Source: Lama glama (taxonomy: Eukaryota). From it: a stretch of DNA of 64,000 nucleotides. Position 1 is the stretch's first letter. The number at the start of each line of letters is the position of its first letter. The stretch covers positions 21,826,001 through 21,890,000 of the forward strand of contig CM052818.1 in the NCBI GenBank assembly GCA_028534125.1, written 5' to 3'. The position numbers and the translations under genes were made by a program. The notes under the pieces were generated by a model. The model searched no databases and was not told the DNA's origin. It saw nothing but the letters and a program-made list of their open reading frames with translations. Positions 12,801 through 25,149 of this stretch are shown here, piece after piece.

Positions 12801-13744
12801 TTTATCTAAGGCCACACACCCCCTAGAACTGGAGTAGATTCTATGAAGGAAATAGACATCCTTTATATTGTATTATTATATTGAAAGGAGAAAGCCTCAT
12901 GTAAAAAAATAAAAAAACAAACAACAAAACCAACCCTGAACTCATTACAGAAGAGCTTCATTCTCTCAAAGAAGACTTCCAGGGAGGACAGCATCCAGGA
13001 ATGGAATCTGGGGTAATGGATGCTAAAATGGTGTCCACCACATGGAGGCAATCCAAGAATTACACTATGCGAAGGAAGCTGTGCATTCCAGAAGACAAGG
13101 CCCAGACTAGATTATGTATTTGGCTGTTGTGCTCTACTTTATTTATCTTTGGATTTCCCCTACCTTCAGTGAAGTTTAAAAGTTCTTATCTCAATTATCT
13201 CATGTCAGATTAAGCGGGGAAAGTCTCATGCCCATGTTCTAGAGAGGGTACTGAAGGTAAACTGAATGTTGTCTGCCTCCTGTTAAGTCAGTATTGAAGG
13301 GCAGCAGTAAAAAGGGAGAAGGTCTCCCAAAGGGGAGAGAAATTTTGGCTTAAGAAAAAGAGCTGGGAATGAGAGGACTGGCCACTACCTGCTTGGATCT
13401 GGACTTTTTTTTTTTTTTTAAGAAATAAGTTTACTCATACATACTTATAGTCATTTTAACTATAATGGTTCATTCCATAGGATCATCTATCAGGTTTGGC
13501 ATGAAGATGTTCTCAGATGAATTACAAAAATATCTATTAGAGGAGATTATTAGGACCAAGTACCATACTTTACTGAAATGATCTGGGAAAGCGTCATGCA
13601 ACAGAAAGTCCAGAAAACTATGTATTTGAATATACACATCAATCTAAACTCCAAAAGACTCAATGAAATGACCCCCACAGAACCAAGACATTATAGTACC
13701 TAAAATGATGTTTAAAAAATTTTGAAACTAAACAAAAATTCTTA

Positions 13745-13887
13745 AATTCATTTACTTATTTATTTTATTTTGGGGGGAAGGTAATTAGGTTTAATTATTT
13801 TTAGAGGAGGTACTGGGGATTGAACCCAGGATGTTGTGCATGCTAAGCATGTATGTGTTCAACCACTTGAGCTATATATACCCTCCC
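13745..13887 (-). mobile_element. Vic-1-like tRNA SINE
   Basis: Minus strand GGGAGGGTATATATAGCTCAAGTGG...GGGTTCAATCCCCAGTACCTCC...AAACCTAATTACCTTCCCC and tail. Confidence 0.88.
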
Positions 13888-16447
13888 ACCTAAAAAAAAT
13901 TTTCTGATAATAAAGGTATACTAACTCGCACTCAAAATTATAAACATATGCAACCAATATCATCTTAAGACAAGAACTGTAGGAAAACAAGGAAAATAAT
14001 GTCCAAACATTGGGTTTGATTCCTGGCTCTATCAAGTATCTGTTTTCCTAGAAAAAAAGTTATACAAAACAGTACTGAATATCCTCTGTTCTGAAATCCT
14101 ATGTTTTTAGAGTCTGATTATTTGTAAGTGAATTACCAGCTAACGACAGCTGAAAGATTGTATGTGGCATTTTAAGATCAAAACACAGCTTACAATGGAT
14201 AGAACAATACAACTGGACAAGTTCGTATCTCATATGCAATCCCTGGTTAATGTAAAAAAAATTATAGTAATAAGGATCTAAGGATTTAACCAGATTACTC
14301 AATTTCCAAGTGAAAGTTAAAGAAGTTTTATGGGCTTGTTGCCCAAGACTCCCAAAATGATAGCAACCATATCCTCTTCTTCAACTTAAAAAAAAAAAAA
14401 ACAACTAAACCAGGTTCAAGTCAAGTATATCCTCTTATATGAAAGCCTACAAAACATTCCAAACAAAAGTATTTATCATCTTTCTGAACTTCTAGAAATA
14501 GTGTCTCTCACACACAAGGCAATTAACTATAAACTGCTTTATGATAAGCCTTGTATTTTGTTAACATTTATACACCTCTCAATGTGCTTGTATCATACAG
14601 AACTGAGTTTCAATTTCATTTTATTCAAGCCAAAAGCAATCTTCTTGCTGAAGCTTACCTTTATGCAGAATTAAGCTTGCTTATTATTACATTTTTATTA
14701 TTTATGCAATTTGGATTTTACTTTTTTTTCCTTAAAGAAAGGCGTCACATATTTGGCATGGCTACCTTTGGGGGAAGTTTAGGTTTACATTCTATGCAAA
14801 GGCAGTCAATGCTTCTCCATGGCCCAGGGCACTGTTTGACAAAAGAAGGGAATAACATTTTAGCAATGAACACCTCCCCCACTGACATAATGCAAGTTTT
14901 TAAAAATATAAAATGTCTACAAAATACTACAAATATATATATATATTTTCCCCCTCAGAGGGAGGGTCAAAACACTCATCAGATAAACAAAGAACTTTTG
15001 GATGGCAAAAACAGATGAAAAGCAACAGTCATAAAGGCTGAGAATTAGTTTACCTGATCCAAGCTTACCTCTGAATGAGCTACAATATTTGATTCATGTG
15101 AAGGACTTCTGGTTAAAGATGAAGGACTGAACAGAAGCATTTGTTTCTCTTCTGTTCTAAAATTCTGTTCAACTTGATAAGAGACCTTTTATACCCATAA
15201 CAATAAAGTTAATGGTAATGGAGACAATAAAGGCACTGCTGGGAAGTAGAAGAACCAGACTTTAGTGGAATGACCACTAAGCTAAAAACTAAGACAGTGG
15301 TGAGGAAAGAAAAAAGCAAACTAGTTTAAACTCCTCTGGAAGTAGAGGTGAAACTGGGGCTAAAAACAGGGAGACTGATTGAAAGTCTACTGAAGAAGTA
15401 GCTGGACTCCCAGAACCCTCTGATTCAGTGTAGCTGAATGATTGAATACAACCCTCACTCCCCGAAGAGAAGGAGGTTTATTTCTGAAGAAGATAAAAGA
15501 GGACCTTTGGAACCGGCAGAGATGCGAGCTGAAAGCTAGATTTAAAATGTAAAATTAACTGAAAGTTTATACTTATTTGATATACTAACCTTTTTTCAGA
15601 CACTTGGTTTCCAACATGCTGGCAATCAAATTTATACTCTCTAAACAAGAGAAGAGCTTTTCTACTCTTAGGAATCTCACTAGTCCTAAAGGAACTGCTA
15701 AAGGTGCCAACATTGGAGGTTACTCAAACAAATAGGCCAGTCAAAGCACAGGCTCAAAGCTTCCAATCAGCTATTCAATGCCCACTTTTAAAAATATAAG
15801 CAGACAGTCCATGGCCAAACACAGAAGAATTTCCCTAATAGAAGAGAGAGGGACAAAAACAAGCAGAAAAGGGCAACCAGGAAGAGAAAGGGATTAGCAA
15901 GGAAACTGAAGGATAGAAAGAAAGAAGGAAGTAAAGAAGCAAGTGAGCAAAATCAGAAAGATAAAATTTTGAATCCATGAAATAACAGAATGTTATTAAA
16001 AGGGAAAACAGAACATTCAGAGGAACAAAAGAGCTCCTGTAAAATAAAAACAGAATCATAAGAAGTTGGGAAGATAAAAGATGAAGGAAACTCCCAGAAA
16101 TTAAAGCACATGGTAAAACAGCAGAGGATCAGTCCAGGAGGTTCAAGAGCCAAAAAAATAGAGTAAGAGAATACAGAATATTTAAGAGAAGAAGTAACTT
16201 TTAAAAATAATCTAGGAAAATTTCCAAACTGAAGGGCATGAATTTCAAGACTGAAAGGGCCCACTCTGTGCCAAACACAATGATGAAAATAGATACTTAC
16301 AAAGGCACATTATCAAAAATTTCATAACACTGGAAGTAGTTAGAGTCTATATGCTTTGAGAGAGAAAGAGAAAAATTTCATACAAAAACTTAAGAATCAA
16401 AATGGCATTGGTCTCAGCTGGGGGAAAATCTGGGATTGAATTAATGA

Positions 16448-16503
16448 TTAGTACATCAAACAAAACTTAATAACTTTAGTACATCAAACAAAACTTATTA
16501 ACT
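16448..16503. repeat. 28-bp tandem duplication (1 mismatch)
   Basis: ttagtacatcaaacaaaactta(a/t)taact twice. Confidence 0.95.
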
Positions 16504-16814
16504 CCAAGGAAAACAAGAAATTCTGCGAGAAATAAAAAGTAATCCTATCTTGAAAAGATGAGAAAGAACAGGGGTGAGGGGAGGTAGACGGGGGAAGGTG
16601 TCTGCGTGTGTTTGGGTTAGTGATTAAATCTATCTTCCATAATGGGATAGTTCATTTCTAGAACTAAAAAATCAAGAAGCACAGTTGTTCAGAAATTTGA
16701 AGATAAATTACAAAGAAATCAGCTGTAAGAGTTCTTAACGGTTCTGGGGAATCTTCTCCAAGAAGAGCTTATAGAACTATTTGGTTCTTTAAACTGTGTA
16801 AATATTTATTTTAA

Positions 16815-16815
<1 letters not shown>

Positions 16816-16849
<34 letters not shown>
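16816..16849. repeat. (CA)n microsatellite
   Basis: Direct reading. Confidence 0.97.
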
Positions 16850-16852
<3 letters not shown>

Positions 16853-17813
16853 CAACTAAACAATTAAAGAAGCATAAAGTAAAACAACAGCCTACTACAT
16901 GGGTAAGACACAAAGAACGGTATTTCATAGTGTCACCTAATTTCCCTAATATAAAAAGGTCCCATAAATTAGTAAAAAAAAAAAAAGACCAATGACAGAA
17001 AAAGGGACCCTAAAACCCCACAAATGGATCTTAAATTATGTCCAACTTCACACTCATGAAAGAAGTGAAAATTAAGACTATATACCAAGATATTTTTCAT
17101 TTGTCATACCGGCAAAGATCAAAGCTTTGGTAACCATTATCTTGAAGAGATGATGCAGAGCTTACATTGCTGGTACAATCTGAGTGAAAGGCAATCTAAT
17201 AGAATCTACCAAAACTTACAGCTGCACATACTCTTCAATCAAACTCTAAAAATTTACCTACAGGTTTATTCCCACATGTACAAAATGATACGTGGGCAAA
17301 AGTAAAATACATGAAACAATCTTGGTATCACTCACTTGGGAACTGATGATTTTATTTAACAGGGATGAATTATGATACATGCTTAATGATAAAATATAAA
17401 ACATAATACCCTACAATTATTTTTAAAAGAATATATACACTGTGTGGGCACACACACAGATGTATATATTCATACATAGATGTATATATTCATTTTCTGG
17501 AAGTGTACACAGAACTGATACCTTTGGAGGAGAGAAATCAACAGACTAGAAGACAGGGAGTGCAAGAGATAGTCCCCATTATACACCATGTTGTACCTTT
17601 TACACTTTAAGTCATGTAAATGTAATAAAAATTAAATAACTGAAATTTAATGAATGTTATTTCAATTAGGAAAATTCCTTTAAAAGGAGGCTTTAGCAAT
17701 CAAAAGCTGTAATCTATAAAAATCTAAATGACTATAAATATTAATATATTGATACCCAAATTTTTTTTTCTCTGCAAACAAACCAAAGAAACAATCATTC
17801 ATACTGACACAGT

Positions 17814-18037
17814 AAGCGAGCCAAAGATCCAGCAGCTACGTCAAGACCCAGCACATACATCCTGTTCATTTTAATATATCATCATTTCCTTGAAGTGAAT
17901 CCTGCTATTAAAAAGAATAAAAAGTAAAGCGAGCCAAAGATCCAGCAGCTACGTCAAGACCCAGCACATACATCCTGTTCATTTTAATATATCATCATTT
18001 CCTTGAAGTGAATCCTGCTATTAAAAAGAATAAAAAG
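17814..18037. repeat. Perfect 111-bp tandem duplication (period 113)
   Basis: 17814-17924 is identical to 17927-18037; spacer ta. Confidence 0.97.
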
Positions 18038-18689
18038 CATGAATTCTACACTCAATGCAAGATAAAAATTGAGATGTAACTAATGGTCTCTATAAGACAG
18101 TATCAAACTATGGCAAAGCATATCATAAATTCATAAAGAGACCTTTATACCACAGAGGGACAAATCCCTTTCTGGAAAGAATGTAGACCAAGACTAAATA
18201 TTTAGTATTGCTATACTGTAAATAAAAATATCAAATTCTACTTAAATGAACTGCACTTCTGAAAGAGACAAAGGGAAAACAAATCATGGTGTATATTATA
18301 ATTTTTTAGAAATAGGATTAACAGATACTTCTCTAGATGTGAACATAAAAGCTGTATTACAAGGCATGCTAGCAAAACCCCAGTATTTCTGGTACCTCTT
18401 GCAAGACATTTCTTCAGTGTAAGATATTGTAGTATAATCATATTCTGAAAGAGACTTGATACAAATGCAATATTAAGCAGATCTGGCTAGCAACATATAA
18501 GACAAGTTTTTCATATTTTCACAATGGCAGTAAACAAAAAATTACAGATGTCACTGAAGAAAAACCAAAAAAAAGTTTCAATTAAAGAATATAATTATAT
18601 CTTATATAGGGATTGGTAATATAAAGTCAGCATATGGCTAACATTATGTAGACTCAAAATTACCCCTGCAAAAACCTTTAAAACAATAA

Positions 18690-18925
18690 AAGCTAACATT
18701 ATTTAACAGGCTCTCTAATATGACAAGGCACTAGGGCCTGTATCAGCTTCACCTGTATCAATCCATTCACTTAATCACTACAACCACCTTATAAGGTAGA
18801 TACTATTACTGCCGTCATTTTAGAGATGAGGGCACTGAGTCACAGAATGGCTAAGGACCTTGTCCAAGGTAGGTAGCAGAGCTATGTAACCAGGCTGTCT
18901 AGCTCCAGAGTCCATTCTCTTAACC
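18690..18925 (-). mobile_element. MIR SINE
   Basis: cattttagagatgagggcactgagtcacagaatggctaaggaccttgtccaaggt. Confidence 0.8.
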
Positions 18926-19029
18926 ATCAACAACAAACACCAAAGTAAGTATTAAAAATATGCCAGGTCTTTTTCTCCTCATGAACAAAAGTATCTGTAT
19001 ATGAGTCTTGACTCTGGTTTCTCTCAAAC

Positions 19030-19790
19030 ACACCATGTATTTCATTAGCATATCCTATCAAATCTATCTCCAAATATATCCCCAATCAGTCCACGGCTCT
19101 CCATCTGTGGCTGCATCATCCCTGTCAAAGTGAACATCATCTCTTGCCCAGACTACTATAATAATCTCCTAAAAAGCGACCCTGCTTCCACTTTTGTCTC
19201 TCTATAATTCATCCTCCAGAACAATCTTTCTTAAAAGTAATGAAATCATGTTACTCTTGACTTCACACAGAATTTATAAGAAAATCCAAACTTACTACAG
19301 CCCTCTATGATCTGACCCCCTGTTTAGCTCTTCACCTCACTTCCTATAACTCTGCATCATCACCTATGCTCTCTAGACACTCTAGACTTTTCTACTCCCT
19401 CAACATGTTGAGCCTGTTCCCCAACTCTGGATTTTTGTTTGTTCTATTTTCTCTTCTTGGAATCACCCTTATCTCTCCACCCCCATACTTGCCTAGCTGG
19501 CTCTTTCTTGACATTTAGATCTCAGCCCAAATGTCAACTCAAAGAGACCGTTCCTGTCTACCCAATCTAAAGTATTCCTGAAACACCACAACTGCTCGTC
19601 TTCCAAATGTTTTTCACTCATGGCTTGCTGAAATTGTTTTCCATTAAATTCTTTCCTTTTTTGACCCCAATCAGAATGTAAGCTCCAAGAGAAGAGAAAC
19701 TACATCTGTCTTGTTCACTGTCAAAATGACTAAAACTATGCATGGCCCATAGTAAGCACTCCATAAATATTTACGGAATGAATGAATGAG
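19030..19790 (+). mobile_element. L2 LINE 3' portion
   Basis: Ends with agaatgtaagctccaagag...tgtcttgttcactg...ataaatatttacggaatgaatgaatga. Confidence 0.85.
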
Positions 19791-21699
19791 CAAGTGAGCA
19801 CCAAATGAAGTAGGTGGCTTGCTATAAATAATCTGACAATGCTCACATTATGGGGGGCCTACTGCAACTGAAAATGGTTGAACCCTGGTTCCCAACTCAA
19901 GCTCATTAAAGCGAAAAAATATATGTAAATAAAACAGTCTGGAGTAATATCAGGTTCAGTACTCAGACTTGCCAAACAGATAAAGCAACACATTCCATTC
20001 TAAGAACCACATTTTAAGAGGGACATTGGCAAAACTAAAATATACCCTAAGCAGAAGAATGAGAAGAGCAGGCAGCTCAAAAAACAGATCATAGAACAAA
20101 TATTTGAAGACACTGGGGATGCTTAGACTAAAGAAGAGGTATTAAGTCCTAACAGGGCTCATAGTGAATATTAAATCCTTGTAAAAGAAGAAACGGCTTA
20201 TTCATTTCAGAGGACAGATCTAGCAGGTGTCTGGTTAACATTTAGACATTTTTAAAAAGATTATGTTATTTATTGGGGATGCTGAAAAGATGCAATTAAG
20301 TCAAAAAACTGGAGTTCAGTTGCCCTTCAATCATTTAACATTTAAAAATGTATCCATCCACCCCCACCGAAGTTTTTTTTTTAAGATACCTCTATGTTAA
20401 AAGATGTCTGTTGTTTATAAACATATTGGAAACCAAGATGCATCATTATCTTGGCGTCTACTGCAACATAAAAATATTAGTGCCCTTTCCAAGCTAAAGT
20501 CAAAATAGAATATGAAAAGGGGAGCACATAAACAAAGAAGGGGGAGTGGAGGAACCTAAAATCTGTGGTTTCCACTAAAATGACTATTACTAATACTATT
20601 GAGAAACATAAAGGATAATACAAAGGAAAAAAATTGTACCCATGTAATAATATAAAACTTGTACACATAACAGAAAATACACAAAAATGAATATGGCTGC
20701 TGTTAGACTGATAATGTTATGGGAGTTCACAGCAATTTTAAAATACTACCTTTAATTATTATGGTCAATAATTACTGAATGTTGAAGTAGGTGATAGGTA
20801 CATGGGGGCTCAATGCATACTGTTATTCCTACCTTTATGTATGACTGAAAATTTCTATAACCAGGATTTTCTTAAATTAACTTAATGCCGTCTCTCTAGG
20901 TTCTACCAAAACTAAGGCCACTTCTTCCTGAGCAACCATACTTTTATACACTTTTAATCGTAACAATATTTAAATTGCAGGGCATGTAAAGAAAAAAAAT
21001 GTTTGAACCACTTCATTCTCCCTTTATTCCCTTGTAATTACAAATGCCAGATACTACTCATGTTTTCACCAGCCCCATGGACAAAGGTAAATCTTTTGCT
21101 ATCTCAACAGCATGATGGGGTAGACTGCAGGGAGCTCTGGTCAGAAACCAAGCCCCTTCAGAAACAACCAGGTGACTAATCTCAGAGGGTTAATGGTCCT
21201 CTCACCACCTATTATTTCAATTAATTTTTGCTCCAGAGGCTCATTATAACAAGTAATCATAATATGCTTTTATCTTATTTGAGGCACTGAAAATTAAGCA
21301 AATACTTTGACAACGTTCATTCTGTGGTAGGCACTGTTTTAAAGGCATCATAATAAGCATTAACTTATTTAAATCCTACCCTTTAAAATAACAAGTATCA
21401 AAGAAGCAAATAATTCTGAAAGAGATCTTTAAACAAAATCTTTAGTCAAAGCAAAATCATAAAATTTCAACAAAGGATATTCAGATACTGCAAAATTCCC
21501 CCTCTCCCTTCTACATTTGGCACACTATTTCTTAAAGGGGCGCATGGACATTGGTGAGCCCTGTTTAAGAGCAGCACAATCTGTCAATCCTGTCTGCCTC
21601 TTATCAAAAAGAAGTGGTGTCAGGGATGCCTCAGGCTATGGACAAGATTTTTCTCAAGGGTTTCTGAAGACTAGTATGTTGTGAGAAACTAATATAAAC

Positions 21700-21930
21700 A
21701 GCAACAATAAAAATGCTTAGTTTTTCTGTAAGCTCTATATGCCAGGCTTTATATTACGATTGATGTGTCCTTCATCATTTAAATCAAAGAACAACTTAGT
21801 AAAGCTAGCACTATTAATATTCTTATTTTACAATTGAGAAAACTGAGATATCTAGTGTACCAACACAATATAACTTAAGTGGCTAGTCAGGATTCAAACC
21901 AAAGGAGACTAGCCTAGAGCTTGCCTTCTT
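21700..21930 (-). mobile_element. MIR SINE
   Basis: attttacaattgagaaaactgaga...caggattcaaacc. Confidence 0.65.
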
Positions 21931-22034
21931 AAATTCAAGGCTTAAGAGATTAATGCATTAAAAAACTTTTCCTTCTTCTTTTTTTAAAATCAAAGACAGT
22001 TATATAAATGTCTGGGGACCCAAAAGGCAAGGGT

Positions 22035-22285
22035 ACTAAATGTAATGTGGTACCCAGATTGGATCCTAGCACAGAAAAAGGGAGTTACTAGAAAAACTGG
22101 TGAAATTCAAGTAAAGTCTGGAGTTTGGTTAACAGAATAGTACCAATGTTGGTTTCTTAGTTTAGAATGTAAGAAGTTGACAGAAGAAACTGGTTAAGGG
22201 CTATGCAGGAACTCTCTATACTATCTTTGTAACTTTTCTGTAAATCTGAAATTATTTCAAAATTAAAAGTTTATCTAAAAAAAAT
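22035..22285 (+). mobile_element. L1MC/MD-type 3' end
   Basis: actaaatgtaatgtgg...ggatcct...aactctctatactatctttgtaacttttctgtaaatctgaaattatt. Confidence 0.75.
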
Positions 22286-22758
22286 TTAAAGCAACAGGTA
22301 AGTCTCAGTTAAGTAAAACACCTCATACCAACCAAAGTGTTGGATAAAGCAAGGATTATAAACCAGCTATGGAAAACCTCTCTACCTGTGATTTTGCCAA
22401 TCACGCTAGGGTGGCTTAGAAATGTATCCTTAAGATGCCAAGATTATATAATAACTGGAAACTCTGACCCAGTTGTTCTGTTTCTGAGAAGTTACCTTAA
22501 AGAAATAACCCCAATTGTACATAAATATTGTTATCATTCTAAAAATTAAAAATACTAATAAACAGAATCAGCATATTTAAAGTCTTCTATAATAGGAACA
22601 GAAAAATGGTTATATATTTAGCACTTATTAATATAATTCATCATGATAACAGATCTAAAGAGAAAAATCTTTGTGTATAATGATGTTCATTACAGTGTTA
22701 TTTATACTGAATATAAAAACAACCTGCATTTCTAACAACAGAGGGAATGTATCTATAG

Positions 22759-22978
22759 CAGTGGTTCTCAACCAGGAGAGATTTTGGCCCCCAGAAGACA
22801 TCTGGCAATGTCTACAGAGACATCTCTGACTGCCACAACTGACATGGGGAGGGGATAGTACTGGCATCTGGTTACAAGAGGCCAGGAAGGCGGTAAAACG
22901 TCCTACAGTGCCCAGGAAAGCCCTGCAGCAAAGAATTAACAGTTCAAACACCAACAGAGCTGAGGCTAATACACCCTC
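22759..22978 (+). mobile_element. MER20 hAT DNA transposon
   Basis: cagtggttctcaacc...gacatctggcaatgtct...actggcatct...; 8-bp TSD atctatag / atctacag. Confidence 0.9.
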
Positions 22979-23296
22979 ATCTACAGGATGAAATATCATA
23001 TACCATGACTACAGAGAATTTGGGAGAACACAGTTACAATTTATGTTAAGGGAAAAATAGCACACTATACTTAAGATATTTGATTTTAAAGGCAAATAAA
23101 GAATTGCATGGGAATTCAACTGCACTCTCCTCCACACTTCTAAATACATTCACTTAAAGCAGGAAAGGAGCAGATACATCAGGCTAGTTTCAGTCTTTCA
23201 AAGTGCAATTCTGAGGTAAGTGGAGCAGTATCAGAACTCAAGGAAGTAAGCGTGACAGAAGTGTTTTATCTCTAACTAAACCATTATTCTCTCAAA

Positions 23297-23620
23297 TGTG
23301 AAGGGAAGCAAATTATATCCCAGTAGCATAAAAATTATTCTGAGACATCTGAAAATCAACAGATGCAGAAAAAGGCTTTGTTTGAACACCATTCCCCTTT
23401 TCTGTCTAAAAAGTAGCATCTTCCAAAGAACTGAACTAGGCAAAAATGCCCCTTCAAAGGAGGCTTCCAATAGCAGGGGAGATCGACTTCTGACAACTGG
23501 GATAAGAAGTCAGCACTGGGATGAGAAATTAAACATTGTCACAAGACTATCTTAACTCCCATCTACTCTCCTAAAGACCTATTTTTCTTTCCTAGAAGTC
23601 TTTTGTTTTCCCTTAGTGAC
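23297..23620 (+). mobile_element. ERV1 LTR fragment (MER34-like)
   Basis: gcataaaaattattctgag...aatcaacagatgcagaaaaaggcttt resembles remembered MER34-family 5' ends. Confidence 0.5.
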
Positions 23621-23744
23621 ATAACACAACATGAAAATTACCAGTAGGGGACACAACCAGAAACAAAAGAACAGAATTAATTCACCGCTTTGGGCCTATG
23701 ACAGATCGAACAATTTGGTGGTGGTGGGGATGTGGGGTGTCAAC

Positions 23745-24428
23745 AAAATGGAATAATCTGAGCAACATAATAAAGCAGTAGATTATAACCCGAAGTACAA
23801 AATAAATATTCATGTGTCCATGCTGATAAAAATAAATGAATAAATGGGAGAGAATGGACAAATCTTCCAAGTAATTTATGTAGATACTCCGTACTCAAAA
23901 TCGGTGGCCTACGACTTCCTACCCTTTAAGTGTGGCCTGGGCTTAGGGATTTCATTTTCAAAGAGCACAAAATGAAAAGGGGGGCAAAAAGAGTAACATT
24001 ACAGTGGAGAAACCTGACAGATACTATCTCAGCCAGGTGATCAAGGTCAACATCAACAGTCATAATCATGTTCACAACATGTTCTCTTGACATGATGTGA
24101 TGAAAATAGCACTGTATCTCTGTGGTCTTCTTCCCCAAACCCCATTACTCCAGCCTAATCATAAGAAAGCATTAGACAAATCCCAATAGAGGCATTCTAC
24201 AAAATACCTGACTAGTACTCCTCATAAATGTAAAGGTCAGGAAGAAAACAAAATCTAAGCAACTCATACAGCCAAGAGGAGCCTAAGGAGACATGATGAT
24301 TAAATGTAATGTAGTATATCCCAAATGGGATCCTGGAACAGAAAAAAGACACTAGGTAAAAACTAAGGAAACCTGAGAAGGACGGGCTTCAGTTAATAAT
24401 GACCAATATTGGCTCATTCATTGTAAGG
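23745..24428 (+). mobile_element. L1MC/MD 3'UTR fragment
   Basis: ttacagtggagaaacctgacagatactatctcagccaggtgatcaaggtcaacatc...ggagcctaaggagacatgatg. Confidence 0.8.
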
Positions 24429-25144
24429 GCTCAACTGGGCAGTTCCCACTTGGAGTTTCTCGCATGATCGCTCAGAGATAATGGCTGGGGAGAAACAGTT
24501 AGCCCTCTGTATCCCCAAGTCATGGATCTGCAAATTCAACCCACTACAAACTGAAAATATTGGGGGAAAAAAATTCCAGAAGGTTCCAAAAATGCAAAAC
24601 TTGAATTTGCCATGCTCTGGCAAATATTTACATAACATTTAAATTGCAGAGGGTATTTTATGTAATCTAGAGATGATTTAAAATATACAGGAGGATGTGC
24701 ATAAGTTATATGCAAATACTCCACCATTTTCTAAAAGAGACTTGAACACCGGTGGAATTTGGTATCTGTGGGGGGTCCTGGAACCAATCCCCCACAGATA
24801 TCAAAGGATGATGGTAATACCCAGAAAACTTACTTAATCATTGGCAGCTGCTGGCTAGGGATTCAGCTGGGACTGTCCCAGGAGCGCCTATAGGTGGTCT
24901 CTTCAGTTTGACCATCTCAGGGTAGTCAGACTTCTTACATGGCACCTGGATTTCCCCAGAGGGAAAAATCCCTAGAGAACCAAGCAGAAGCTACATGGCC
25001 TTTTCTGAGTGTCACCAGTGCTGCATGCCGTATTACAAACAAGTTATTAAAGCCAGTTCAGATTCAAGGGGAAGGGACACAGGCATCATCTTTCACACAT
25101 GAAGACTAAAAAATAATTTGCAGACCGGTTTTAAAACTACCACA
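24428..25144 (-). mobile_element. MLT1 (ERVL-MaLR) LTR interrupted by MER2B
   Basis: gacttcttacatggc...gcagaagctacatggccttttctga...gattcaagggga...ttttaaaactaccaca. Confidence 0.75.
24496..24814 (-). mobile_element. MER2B (TcMar-Tigger), near full length
   Basis: cagttagccctctgtatcc...gggggtcctggaaccaatcccccacagatatcaaagga. Confidence 0.88.
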
Positions 25145-25149
25145 AATGG

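Larger units (their letters stand above)
15100..17650 (+). mobile_element. Degenerate old L1 fragments (5' region/ORF1 remnant, then 3' end)
   Basis: A-rich ORF1-like text (aaaatttccaaactgaagggcatgaatttcaagactgaaagggcccac) and L1ME-type 3' motifs; no intact ORF. Confidence 0.55.

Noticed and set aside
630..13887. Inverted young SINE pair driving exon 2 circularisation
   Set aside because: Both flanking Vic-1-like copies are on the same strand and cannot pair.
14551..15018. 155-aa plus-strand ORF
   Set aside because: TTG start, AT-rich composition, antisense in the intron, no domain recognised.
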